Positions 1 through 12,900 of a stretch of 64,000 nt of DNA are shown here, piece by piece. The position numbers were made by a program, and so were the translations under genes. This stretch comes from Anaeramoeba ignava BMAN (taxonomy: Eukaryota; Protista; Anaeramoebae), in the NCBI GenBank assembly GCA_028826165.1, contig JAPDFW010000112.1:120996-184995 (forward strand). Reading direction: 5' to 3'. The notes below the pieces were generated by a model that saw only the letters and a list, made by a program, of their open reading frames with translations, did not search any database and was not told where the DNA came from. How positions within the stretch are numbered: the stretch's first letter is position 1; each line of letters starts with the position of its first letter.

Positions 1-2151
1 GCCCAAATTCTCGTTTCGGTATCTCAAGTTTTTAGTACAAAAACATCTGAATTTTTCCAAAAAGAGCAAATGAAATGGAAAAAATCTTTTTCATATCCCT
101 TGAACTTGAATGTTTACTTTAAAAAATTCGAGCAATTCCTGCAGATTTTGCTGAACGGATTTGCTTCACAATTTCAATCAGAATCCATTACTTTCCAGGA
201 ACTACTTGATTATTTGTGGCTGATTTACAAACCTTTTTTAATTGACGCAACAAAAAATGAAAAAGTTCTCAGAAAGAAAAGTCGAAACTTTAATCCAAAA
301 GAAAAAGAAGAAGAAGAAGAGGAACAAATATTTTCCTCGTTTTTTGCACATTTTTCTGATTTCAAAATTAAAGATCCAATGCTTGCCTGTTCGCATATCT
401 TGGGGAAGTTTCTTTGTTCGGTTTCCAGCGAAAATGTGTTTTCCAAGTTATTTGTAAAGAAATTTATCAGCAATATTCTCGTTCCCAATTTGGAAATTAG
501 CAAAGAACTACTTGTCGATATTTTGCAAGTTTTCAGTTTTTTGCAAATGAATCTTTTGCAGCCCATCTTCAAATTGGTTGATTGGGAAAATTTCCAAAAA
601 GAGTACTCAAGTTCTCAAAAAGACATCGAAGTGGTTCTTTTCAATTCGCTTCTTAATTTAATGATGAGAAAAGAGAAATCAAGATTGAGCCACAAAATGA
701 AGAAGCAGTTCCAGCTCTTTATTTCGCAAATAATATCCGTTTTGGATTGGCAATCCGTTGATTCTTCAACTTATTCACAAGCTCTACAAAGAGTTGATTT
801 GGATCAACAGACTATCCTCAGCAGCTTCAATAAGTTTGACATCATTTTGATTGGCAAAACTATCAACCACGAAAATCTTGAATTACTTCCTTTAATTTTT
901 CAGTTGTTCATTTCTGTTGGAAATTTTGAAAAGCAAAAAAATTCTCACAATTTGGAACTGTATTTGCAAAAAGCCATTTCCTATTTTGAGAAAGTGTTCA
1001 CAAGCAAAGAAAAACAGGATCTTGTTGTTGAAATGAAAAGAAACGCGAATTTTTATTACCAAAACTTGCTGTTAATCGAAAAAAACCAGCATTTATTCAA
1101 AATTGAGAAGCAAAATGAAACGAAAATTGTCGAAATTCTCAAATTCGCATTTGGAATCGTAAATGATTTTTCAAGCCAGTATTTGGTGCCTTATATTCTC
1201 AAATTTATCCAACAATCCCCATCATTAATCCCTTACTTTTTCCAGAGCACATGCCAAATGGAAATGGACCAAATAATCACTGGAGCATTATTCGAAACAG
1301 CTATTGAGACCTTTTTTGCACAAAAGGAAACTACAGTTGGAAATTTGGTTGAAATTCTCCATTTCTCAGGATTTGAGAAGTTTCTTGAACAGACAGAATT
1401 TTTGGACTGCTGTTGTATTTATGGATATATTTTCACGCTTTGTTTCATGCTTGTTTTCCAGTATAAATTCGAAAATGCAGAAAATCAAAAATCACTCAAT
1501 CACCTCGAAAATCAAATCACAACATCGCTCAATTTCATGACACCACAACCGAATGAGGAATTCAAAGTGATATTGATTGTGGATTTCTGGTTGAATTATG
1601 TTCGAAATTCACCCAGATTTGGAAATGATATTTTTTCACAAAAACAAGAACAAACAACAACAAATATGATTAGAAAATTAACTGAAATAAACGATCCTTC
1701 TCGGATCCAGTCGTTATCAACTTTCCAGCATCCTTTTTCACAAAATGAAACCAAGGAAAGTAACGAAAAAGACTCAAGAGAAGAAGCTAGATTTGCCTTA
1801 TTTTTGTTGATCCACTTTTTTGATTCCAGTTTGAAAATTTCGCGTCAATTTAGAAAAATTTCTCCCAATTTTTTCCAGTTTCAAGCTGGTTTATTACAAG
1901 ATGTTGAGTCAACAAATCAATTCCAAATTTCAGCTCAAAATTTTCTTCAAAAAGTTAAACAAAATCAAACTCATTTATTGTTTCAAGAAACTGTTATCCA
2001 AATTTTTTCTGTTTTCTTAAAATTTAATGGAATTTCAAGTTTAATTGATTTAATTTCTTTGATTTCAAATAATCTTATTAACAAATTATTTGAAAGATTT
2101 TGGGATTTAGTTTCTCAAATTCGGGAAATTTTTTATCAAAAGAAAAAATAA
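1..2151 (+). CDS. EPG5-like protein, C-terminal part (5' end lies outside the window)
   Basis: Frame open from position 1 to the stop at 2151. Motifs (VLDWQSVDSSTYSQAL, FLDCCCIYGYIFTL, NEEFKVILIVDFW) resemble the EPG5 C-terminus and align with the C-terminal region of the 11789..18778 ORF (KFKWENINEEDYIQV, GNEYKMTTLVLLYL). Confidence 0.55.
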   Translation, partial: AQILVSVSQVFSTKTSEFFQKEQMKWKKSFSYPLNLNVYFKKFEQFLQILLNGFASQFQSESITFQELLDYLWLIYKPFLIDATKNEKVLRKKSRNFNPKEKEEEEEEQIFSSFFAHFSDFKIKDPMLACSHILGKFLCSVSSENVFSKLFVKKFISNILVPNLEISKELLVDILQVFSFLQMNLLQPIFKLVDWENFQKEYSSSQKDIEVVLFNSLLNLMMRKEKSRLSHKMKKQFQLFISQIISVLDWQSVDSSTYSQALQRVDLDQQTILSSFNKFDIILIGKTINHENLELLPLIFQLFISVGNFEKQKNSHNLELYLQKAISYFEKVFTSKEKQDLVVEMKRNANFYYQNLLLIEKNQHLFKIEKQNETKIVEILKFAFGIVNDFSSQYLVPYILKFIQQSPSLIPYFFQSTCQMEMDQIITGALFETAIETFFAQKETTVGNLVEILHFSGFEKFLEQTEFLDCCCIYGYIFTLCFMLVFQYKFENAENQKSLNHLENQITTSLNFMTPQPNEEFKVILIVDFWLNYVRNSPRFGNDIFSQKQEQTTTNMIRKLTEINDPSRIQSLSTFQHPFSQNETKESNEKDSREEARFALFLLIHFFDSSLKISRQFRKISPNFFQFQAGLLQDVESTNQFQISAQNFLQKVKQNQTHLLFQETVIQIFSVFLKFNGISSLIDLISLISNNLINKLFERFWDLVSQIREIFYQKKK

Positions 2152-2295
2152 ATTAAAAAAAATAAATTAAAAAAAATAAATTAAAAAAATAAATTAAAAA
2201 AAAATAAATTAAAATAAAAAGCAAAAAGAATTATAAAAAAAAGTTTTTTTTTTTCCTTTTTTTCTTTTTCATTTTTTTTTTTTCAATTTTTTAAA

Positions 2296-5200
2296 ATGAG
2301 TTCAAGAAAACAACAAAAAAAAAAAAAGAAAAAGAACAAAAACAAAACAAAAGCCAAAACAAAAGCACAAACACAAACACAAACACAAACAAAATGAAAA
2401 AGATAAAGAAAAAGATAATGAAAAAGATAATAAAAAAGGAAAAGAAAAAGAAGAACAAAAAGAAAAGAAAAAGAAAAAGAAGAACAAAAAGAAAAAGAAA
2501 AAAAACAAAAGCCAAAACATAAACACAAACACAAACACAAACACAAACAAAATGATAAACAAAATGAAAATGAAAAAGATAATGAAAAACAAAAAGAAAA
2601 AGAAAAAGATAAACAAAAAGATAAAGATAATGAAAAAGAAAAACAAAAAGAAAAACAAAAAGAAAAAGAAAAATGAAAACAAAAAGGAAAACATAGACAT
2701 ACACATACACATACACATATAAAAAAAGAAAATGGAAATAAAAATAAAGAAAATAAAAATGAAGAAAATGGAAATGAAAATGGAAAGAAATGAAGAAAAT
2801 GGAAATGAAAATGGAAATGAAAATGGAAATGAAAATGGAAATGAAAAAAATCAAAATGATATAAAAAAAGAAACAACCTTGAAACAACTTATGGAACTTA
2901 TCAAAAAAAACTTTGAAATTAGAAACAAAATACACAAATTTACAATCTCTTCACCACAAAACGAACCCAAATACAAAGACCAAAAAGATATCGAAGAAGT
3001 ACTAAAAACAATCAAGCCAGAAGAAATTGAAAATCAACTTCAAGAAGAAAATCAATCACTTCAAACAAGATTAGATCCTTTGGAAGTCAGAAATTTACTG
3101 GAAAATAAACTCAAAGAACAAATCAAAGAAAAAGAAGAAGAAACAAACAGAATTTATGAGAAAATAAAGCAAATTTCCTCCAATAATCCTGAACAAGAAA
3201 TCTCAAAACCATCAACTCAAACAAATTATCGTTTGGTTGGTTTCAATGATTTCAGAAATATTCTCGAAAATGCAATTTCCACAAATGATCGTTATAAAAA
3301 GAATCTTCAGGATCTTCTTGACGATGAATATATTCATTCAACCTGTAACATAGACTCTTTCCATCCCGCTTTTGAAAATATTTGGAATTTATACCGTATT
3401 TTGCTTGTTGAAGAATCATTTGAATTTCAATCAAATGAGAAAATTGTTCTTGAAAAAGACCAAATTTTTGCTCTTTTCAAAGGTGAGAATCTGACGAAAT
3501 TCTGTGGTGATTCAGAAATGCAAGACATCGATTTTGACAAACTGAATAAGCAAAAGAAAATTTATCCCATTGGAATTTATGGAGAAAAAAACTCAATCAT
3601 AAATTTTATGAAAAAATTATTTTCTAGTTTTGCAAAAAAAATCCCAGAAATCCAAAACAATTTGAAACCAGGATTGTATCTATGGGCCAACAGAACCTCT
3701 CAAAATACCAAGTTCAATCACACACTCTTTTTATGGCCAGGAAACTACGATATTTTGGGTCAAAACTCGAAAAGCTCCATTTTGACTATTCTTTTACGGC
3801 TTTTGCACGAGATTTGTGTTGAAGTTTTGTTGGTTTTTGATGACGACAAATATAGCAAAGAAATCCCCAATGAAAATAGTGATGAAATGAGTGAACCTGT
3901 TTTTGATCCACAATTCTATCACCATTTGAATGAAAGTTTACTTAACAGTTTCCAATTTGTGGGGAATTCCCAAGAGATTCAATTTAAAATTGAAGAGGGT
4001 TTTCCAACACACATGCTCACATCCTCATTTACTCAAATAATAACCGAAAAAGACGGCAACAAAAAAAAGGATATCAATTGCCGCTTTGCAAACGGTCCGT
4101 TCCGAAAAATCATTCTTTTTTCTCAGGTCGTTCATTCCCATCCTGAGAATGATGAAACTCTTTCTTTTAAAGAATCCGAAATTGAGGATTTCTACCAAAT
4201 ACTTGTCAGCACTAGTCTCCGATTCGAAGATTTGAGCAAAAATCAAATCATTGATTTCATCAAGCAATTTGAAATTTGGAGTAAAAATGATTGGGAAGAT
4301 GAAGAAATGGAAAATAAGATCAGGAGTTTTTACTTTTCCTTAAAAGATTTAAGCACAAGAATTAACGAATCTTCTGATCAAGATTTCTTCGTCAAATCCC
4401 TCAATAAAATTTTCACAATCCAAAACGCCAATTTCGAAGCAAGAGTTAAAAAATTTGAAAAATATACTACCAAGAATTTCAGAGCAAAATTTATCGATTT
4501 CCAATTTAATAAAAAGGAAATTTCTGATGAAATTATCAAGTACCAAACTTACCACATTTCTCTTCCCAAAAGAAGCTCAACCAAAATCAACGCGATGCAG
4601 GAAGACATCGACTCGAGGATTATCAAACATCCCGCTGGATTTGGATGAAGATAAAAAATGGTCAACTTGTAAATTTGATCAAAAAATCACTGAGCTTTAT
4701 ATTTTCTTAGAGGGTGATGCTCTTAAAATTGCGGAAAGTGGTTCAGATGAGGAAATTATCACGTCCATTTATTACATAGATTCAAATGAAAACTTGAATA
4801 GCATAAAAAGGAGCATTTATTCAACAACGGGAAAGATTTATTCTGTTTCAGTTGATGAAAATCTTGGAATTTGTGTTTTTTATCATATTGTTCCAATCGA
4901 ACTCGAACTCGAACTCGAACTCGAACTCGAAAGCGAAAGTGAGGATATGGATGACGATAATAACAAAAATAACGAAGCAGACCAAGAATATATCCACGAG
5001 TTGGTTATTCTTCATCTCGATAAAAAATCAAAAACACTTATCAAAATTGAAAAAAGAGATCTCACAAAATTTTGGACTTTAGAAAAAACCAGAAATGAAC
5101 TGATTGTCCAGCAAATGCACCTCATTCCCTCAGAAAGAATACTTGCAATTCTCCCCAATACAAATGAGATTTGGTTCTACAACTTGGAAGGATATTTCTA

Positions 5201-8200
5201 TCAGAAGAGATTATCTTTATCAAATATTGATTATCAATATTATAAGCTTAATATAATGGTGTCAATTCATCCACTCCTTTTTTTAGTTTATTATGATAAT
5301 TCAACAAATTACTGGGTTGCTCAAGCAAACAAATTGACAATTACTCAATCAGATTTCAATTTCGAGAAAATTGCTGAGGTTAGAATTGATATTAATCTGT
5401 CTCATGATACTATCTTCTCCTTTTTCTATATTCAATCCGTTTTTTTTCTTCTTGGAATTGATATGAAAGCAAAGAGAGTTGTTTGCAAAAAAATATTATT
5501 CAAAAGCCAAATAGAAAATCCCATCTTGCAAAATTACAAACAGTTTTTCCAAAGCAATCCAAATATGAAACGTTCGATTCCTCCTTTGAATTCTTTGCTT
5601 GATATTTGGCGTGATATTTTTGACATCCACCGATTAGATTCCCCATTTTTCCTGCCGCAGAAAGAAACAAACATCACAATTTTACTTCCGAATAACCCAA
5701 AGCTTAATGTCCAAGCAGTTATCGAATATACAAAAGAATTATTTCCTCCAAATTTTCCCACTATCAATAATTTATTCCGTTTCAATGTTTCTTCGTTTGA
5801 AAAATTGAAATTAGATTTCGATAAAGGAGATAATGGTGATGATCAACAAAATCAAAATTCATGGGAATTTGGAGAATGGATCCAAAAATTGATTTGCTTA
5901 ATTCCTTTGCAAATTGCCGAATTCAAAAACGGAGAATTGTCTCCTTTATCTAATGGTGGCAGAAACGATTCCAAAACAAATTTTCTGAAACCGGAGAAAA
6001 TAAAGGATAACACTTTGTGTCAAAACGATGATATACAAGAAGAAATCCTATTTGGATTATATGATTCGATATTCAATTTTTATGATTTTCCAGTAACAGT
6101 TGTTTCATGCTTTGGAGAGAAATCAAGTGGGAAAAGCACATTTCTGAATAAATTAACTGGGTAAAAAAAAAGTTTTTTTTTTTTATTAAATATTTAATAT
6201 TTAATATTAATTCAAATATTCTTTTTTAAATTTAGTTCTTTTTTTGGAGTTTCTGGAAGTGGGATTTGCAATAATGGTATTTGGATGACTGCTAGATATT
6301 TCCCAAAAGAGCGAAAATTATATATTTTCTTAGATTTCGAAGGATTTGAAAATGATCAGGAATCAAAAACTCAAGATTTAATGGCATCCTTATTTGGTGC
6401 TGCAATTAGCAACTTTTTAATTTTAAGAATCCCTTCAAAATCAATTCAAGTCCTTAACAAAATGGTTGAAAATTGGTCAATAGCAGCAAATCATCTAATG
6501 TTTGATGATGCTTCAGATTTTTTCCAAGGAAAATTAATTTTGAATTATATAAATGACGAGGAAAACCAAAATGAATTTGCTTCAAAATTAAGCAACATCA
6601 AATTCTCAGAAGATTTCCAAAAATTTATAAATTTGTCAAATGAAAACCAACAAAATCGAGGAATAATCCAAAAAACCCCTTTCTTTGAAATGTTTAAAGA
6701 TTTTGGGCAAATAACTTCTTCCAAAATTTTGTTGTTGGATGATTTGAATAAATTCAACATGCATTCATCAGCAATAGAATCCAAATTCCAAACAGGATAT
6801 CTATTTGCTACAAAATTCAAACAATTAATAATGCAACTATCAATGAAGAATTTCAATTCTTTTCAGAAATTATATCGCAAAAGAGTTCTGAATTATATCA
6901 AATCTATTGCAGTCAATTTTCTTTATGAAGGCGAATTATTTTCATATCATACCAAAATTTTGAAGAGAAAAAATCTCAAAGAATTCGCCATCACATCCAG
7001 ACAACCACTAGTTTCATTATCATCAAAAAAGAAATTTTTCCAAAGTAACGATACTCTTTCCTTTAAGTTTAAACTTGAAGCTCAAGATGTCAAAATATTT
7101 AAACAAGAAAACCAAAACCAAAATGAAAACCGAAAATGAAAACGAAAATGAAAACCAAAATGAAAATGAAAACCAAAATGAAAACGAAAACCAAAATGAA
7201 AATAAAAATAAAAATAAAAATAAAAAACGGAAAAAAGAACCAACTGTTTCAATTAAATATAGGAATGAAAAAAAAAACAAAAAAAAGGGAAAGATAATCG
7301 AAATACAAATTAATAATTACAGCGATTCAGGAATAATTTTAGGACCTGCAAATGGGGTGATAATGGCTCCTTATCAAACATATGAAGACTTTATGCATTC
7401 GTTACTTCTTGAGCAAAGAAATTTTTTTGAGAAACAAATTTTACCTCGAACTGTCCAGAATTTCAAAATATGGAATTTTATTTTCCAGGCATATCTTGAT
7501 TCAATTGTGAACAGGAGAGTGGAACAAACAAGAGAATGGATTGAAAAATGGGAGAAAGAATTATTTACTCAAAATAAGGAAAAAATTTCGGAATTTTCTC
7601 ATTTCAGAACAAGTTTTGATGCGAAATGCCAGAAACTCATTTCGACATGGAAATTATGTAATCATCAATGCGATAAATGCTATTTCACATGCTTGAATTT
7701 AAACAATCATTCAGAACACGGTCACGATTGTCAAGATGATCTTCATTTATGCACTTTGTCTTGTGATAAATGTGAGAAAACTTGTATTCATGAATTGGGA
7801 CATTCAGGAGCACATTTTTGTGAAAATTTTCATGATTATACTCAAAAATGCTCATTAATTGAACACAGAAATTGCAAAAAATTAATTAAAAATAATACCA
7901 ACCAAAAAAACCAAATTTGTGATGCAGGAAATAAAGCGCATTTGTGTGGACAGCAATGCTCAGCAACAATTAAAGCAGTCATAGACGAGTATGGCCGCAC
8001 AGAAGAAATAAAATGCAAAGAGAAGTGCATTCTCCCATTTGGACATTTAGAAAGATGCGATTGCGGCAAAAAAAAATGCATTGGAAAATGCCCAATTTGC
8101 GGCAATCCTTGCCAATCCACTGATCATTTCCATGGAGTAGACAAACAAATCCCTCATTTCTGTGGTCGATCGCATGAATGCCAACATTTTTGTGAACAAG

Positions 8201-9852
8201 AAAATTGCGAGATTGAAAACAAAAAAATAATTGAACCAAAAGGTCAATCAGAGAAAATAATCAAAATCAAGAGTTTTGATCCATTTACCAAGCAATTCAT
8301 AGTTAAAAACAGATGCATAATCCCAATACCACCTAATGAGTTTAAGCATAAAGAGAAGCATAGTTGCATAGATAAAGAAGAAGAATCAGGTGATCATTAT
8401 TGTGGATATCCTTGTAAATCATGTGGTTATTTATGTGTTCTTCCTAGAAATCATGAAGGTCTTCATTTTTGTCATCATGGAAATGCAATTTACTCTCGGA
8501 TTCTCCCTCCAAACACAAGCATCAATTCAGAATTCAATGAATTTCCAAATTTAATTCAGAATTCAAACTCAAACCCAAGTTTATATTCAAATCGAAATTT
8601 AAATAAAAATCCAAACCGAAATTCAAATCGAAAATCAATTTCAAAATTAATTGACAACGCAATTGAACATTCATTTCAAAATTCAATCCAGGATTTAAAT
8701 CAAATCCAAAATTCAAATTCAAATCCAAATCTAAATTCAAGTCCAAGTCGATTGAAAAATTCAACCCGGTTTAAAAACTCAGATTCGTTTTATTTGGATT
8801 CTCAATTAGTATCAAATCCAACACCATTTGTTTGTACTTATCAATGTGTTTTTTATGGGAGAGGGCATACTCATCTAATCCCAAAACAAGAATTCAATAA
8901 AATCAAACGTAAAATCCCACAAAAATACCTCATTTATACTCGAAAGTATATATCAAAGCAAAGCAATGATAATAACGAAGAATTATATGAAGTGACTTGC
9001 GCATTTTATTGGGAATACTATCTAAAATTTCAAAACAATTTTACTCAACAGCAAAACGCCGAATTTTTGTTGTGTCCAGTACAATTAGATTACAAAAATA
9101 AAGAGGAAGAAAAAATATATCATTGCAAACTTAAGTTGTGGCATAATAAAGCGAATCCTGAACATTTTCAAAACCAAAATAATCAAGATAATAAAATTGA
9201 ATTTGTGAAAAATGGGCATCTTTTTGAATGCGATAAAAATATAACAGAACCGCAAATAATTTATAAATATCACCATGTTTTTGTCATTGCAACTTCAAAG
9301 GAACTTTACTTTAAAAATGATTTCCAACCAAGTTTCGATTGGATCAAAAAAAATATCGATAAGAAATTGCAATGTGTTTTTGAATCCTTTGCAAATTATT
9401 TGGCTTTAAGATCCAAAAACAACGAGCTTTGTTCTTTGATTAATTTCAATAAAAATACAAATGTTATTTTCGAATCACAAGAAGTTGATTCTGATTTATT
9501 TAATCAACACTCTAAAGAAATTTCATTAAATCAAAATAATAGCATTGATTTTCAAAAAATTCTCGAAACAATGCTTAATTTAATATCAAAATTCAACAAA
9601 AATCCAAATTCAGAGCTGGTTTTCATTTGCTTATTTGAAGAACCAAAACAAAAAATCAAAAATTTGAATAAATTATTGAAAAATTTTAATCAAAATTTCC
9701 CTAAAATTTATATTTTGGGTCAAAACCCCCAAAATTATAAATCAACAAAATTATCCTCAGTTGCTCAAAATTTAAAAGCTAATCTTTTTTGGATTAAAAA
9801 TGGATCAGATTTATTTAAAAATTTAATTGAAATTTCTGACAAATTAAAATGA
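2296..9852 (+). CDS. Large GBP/atlastin-like (GB1/RHD3-type) P-loop GTPase with Cys/His-rich repeats and C-terminal VWA-like domain
   Basis: Joined from ORFs 2732-4648, 4455-6164, 6285-7139 and 7075-9852. G1 is VVSCFGEKSSGKST, an in-frame GT-AG intron at 6161..6235 leads to SFFGVSG..GIWM, and G3 is FLDFEG. C/H-rich repeats lie at ~7660-8480 and YHHVFVIATS starts a VWA-like region. Apparent frameshifts occur near 4640, near 7130 and in the K/E/N-rich 5' part. The start is uncertain. Confidence 0.65.
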
Positions 9853-9961
9853 GAAAATTTTTGATTTTTAATTAAAAAATAAAAAGGGAAAAAACCAAAA
9901 TTTTTTTTTCATTTTTTTTTTCATTTTTTTTTATATAATTAATTAATTAATCTATTAATTA

Positions 9962-12900
9962 ATGAAGCCTAAAAATTCAAAAAAAACAATTTATAAGAAT
10001 CCACAAAGTTTTTTATTAACACATCTTCAAGAAAATTATGAGATTGTAAAAATTACCAAAAAAAAAAAACAACAAACGAAAATTAAATTAAATTAAATTA
10101 AATTAAATAAAATAAACAAAATAAAGGAAGAAACAAAAGAACTAAAAGAGTTACTTAAAAAATATCGTAATGCAGAAAGTGATTTATTTTGTTTTCCAAA
10201 TGAGATTATCCATTTACGTTCAGAAACAATAATTTTAATGAAAGAAATGTGGGATATTCAATTAAAATCAATTCCAAAAGAAAAAATTTCATTAGAAGAA
10301 TCAAAAATCAATGAAAAAAAGGAAGAATTAAAATATTTTGAAATTGATTTAAACAATAAAAAGTTTAAAGAATTAGGAATCAATTTTAAAAAAAATAGGA
10401 ATTTATTATTTTATAAATTTTCAAATTTAGTTTGTAATGTTGTATCAACAAAAAGAAGAATAGATATATTTGTTGATAAATTTTTAAGAAAAAATTTGAA
10501 CATATTCACAAATTCAAATATAAATGAAAATCTAAATGAAAATCTAAATGAAAATGAAAATGAAAATATAAATGAAAATCAATGAAAATGAAAATATAAA
10601 TCAAAATCAAAATTTAAATATAATTCAAAATGAAAATGAAAATGAAAATCAAAATATAAATAAAAATGAAAATCAAAATCAAAATGAAAATGAAAATGAA
10701 AATCAAAATATAAATCAAAATAAAAATTTAAATCAAAATATAAATCAAAATCAAAATATAAATCAAAATCAAAATAAAAATAAAAATAAAATCAAAATAT
10801 AAATCAAAAATCAAAAATCTAAATCAAAAATCAAAATCAAAATCAAAAATCAAATCAAAAAAAAAATCAAAATCAAAATCAAAAATCAAAAATAAAAATC
10901 AAAAATAAAAATCAAAAAAATTTACAAAATCAAAAATCAAAATCAAAATCAAAATCAAAAATCAAAATAAAAATCAAAAATCAAAATCAAAAATCAAAAT
11001 CAAAATCAAAATCAAAATAAAAATCAAAATCAAAATCAAAAATCAAAAAATCAAAATCAAAAATCAAAATCAAAATCAAAATCAAAAATCAAAATAAAAA
11101 TCAAAATCAAAATCAAAATCAAATCAAAATCAAAATCAAAATCAAAATTCAAATCAAAATCAAAAATCAAAATCAAAATCAAAATCAAAATCAAAACTAA
11201 ATCAAAATCAAAAATCAAAATCAAAATCAAATTCAAATTCAAAAATCAAAATCAAAATCAAAAATCAAAATCAAAATCAAAATCAAAATCAAAATCAAAA
11301 TCAAAATCAAATTCAAATTCAAAATTCAAAATCAAAATCAAAATTTAAATCAAAATCAAAATCAAAATGAAAATAAAAATCAAAATATAAATCAAAATCA
11401 AAATCAAAATCAAAATCTAAATCAAAATGAAAATGAAAATCAAATTCAAAATCAAAATAAAAATCAAAATCAAAATCAAAATCAAAATCAAAATCAAAAT
11501 CAAAATCAAAATCAAAATCAAAATCAAAATCAAAATCAAAATCAAAATCAAAATCAAAATCAAAATCAAAATCAAAATCAAAATCAAAATCAAATTCAAA
11601 TTCAAAATCTAAATCAAAATATAAAAAAAACAAAAATTTTCCTGCTCAAATCTTACTTAAAAACATTTTTACACTTCCAAAAGAAAGAAAAAAGTAAACA
11701 AGAAATTCAAATTGAAAATAAAGAACAAGTTTCATTAAAACAAAAATGTCAAGAAATAATTGGGTTATTTAAATGGAAAAAACAAGATTTGAATATAAAT
11801 ATAATAGATAATTCTATAAAAAGTATAAGCGAAACTCCACATTTTCTTAAAGAAGAAATATTCCAGAAAATATCTTCAAATTTTCTTGTGGATATTCAAA
11901 ATTATATAATAAATTTAGGGAATGTACTTCTAAAATTTGGAAGTTATGAGGATTATCTATTCATTTTTAATGAAATAATTGATATTCCAAATTCTATTGA
12001 ATGGAGTAAAAAGTTATTGTTTTTTGGGACTTATTGGAATTTAGATAATTTGCATCATTTTTTGAATATGATTTCGATCCTTCACAAACATTTTTTCCCA
12101 TACAAAACAGAAGAAAAAACGGAAAAAAAGAACAATGAGCAAAATGGAAAAGAAGCAAAATCTTGGGAAACAAATCAAAAAAGATGGGAAATTATTGAAA
12201 TGAATTATCATAGTTTTTTTGGATTGTTTCCTTTTGAAGGATTGACCACATATTTAATTGAAAATTGCAATGATCTATCTTTTAATTCAAAAACAAGCAT
12301 TTTATCAGAAATAATTGGGATATTGTCAACTGCATTGAACAGATTTAGTTTTGATATTTATTCAATAATTTCAATCGCAAAAACTATATCAAATATATGT
12401 TTGAATTTTTGTAAATGGGCATATTCACTGTTTATAGATGAGTCAGATAACAAGGATAAAAAAGAAAATTGTGGTGAATATTTAAAAGCAATTGACGAAA
12501 TTATGATTATAACAGTTGATGGATTTTTATCATCTAGCAAAAGCCATATATTATTTCTCCTTAATGAATTGCCTTTTGATCTTGTTTCTCAAAAGGTTGC
12601 ATGGATTATTTTTTATGTTATTTTTACAGGAGAAAATTTAGTAAATTATCTTAACGAGAAAAAACAGGGCAAATTTACAATCACAGATAAGAAAGCGTGG
12701 AAGAATTTTCTTAACGAATATCAACTCTTCCCAACAAAAGAAGAATCAAAAATACAAAAAAGAAAGCAATTTTGGAAAAGTCTTGATGATATTTCTTTTG
12801 GCTCTCCGCTCATTTCAGCTTTGGCAAAAATTGCAGAAATCCAAAAGGATAATGATTTAGTTTATGTGATTTTCCAAGAATTATTTTTGTGTGGAGTTTT

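Noticed and set aside
2283-2935. Minus-strand Phe/Leu/Ile-rich ORFs (also 11057-11633, 15101-15494, 38532-39117, 42083-42334, 48664-49579)
   Set aside because: They are antisense or alternate-frame shadows of K/E/N/Q microsatellite tracts.
6113-6140. Possible intein at the P-loop of the GBP-like GTPase
   Set aside because: GKSTFLN is continuous; the nearby interruption is an ordinary 75-nt GT-AG intron.
4455-7139. Programmed ribosomal frameshifting between overlapping ORFs of the GTPase gene
   Set aside because: Window-wide indel noise explains the overlaps, and no distinctive slippery site with a stimulatory structure was seen.
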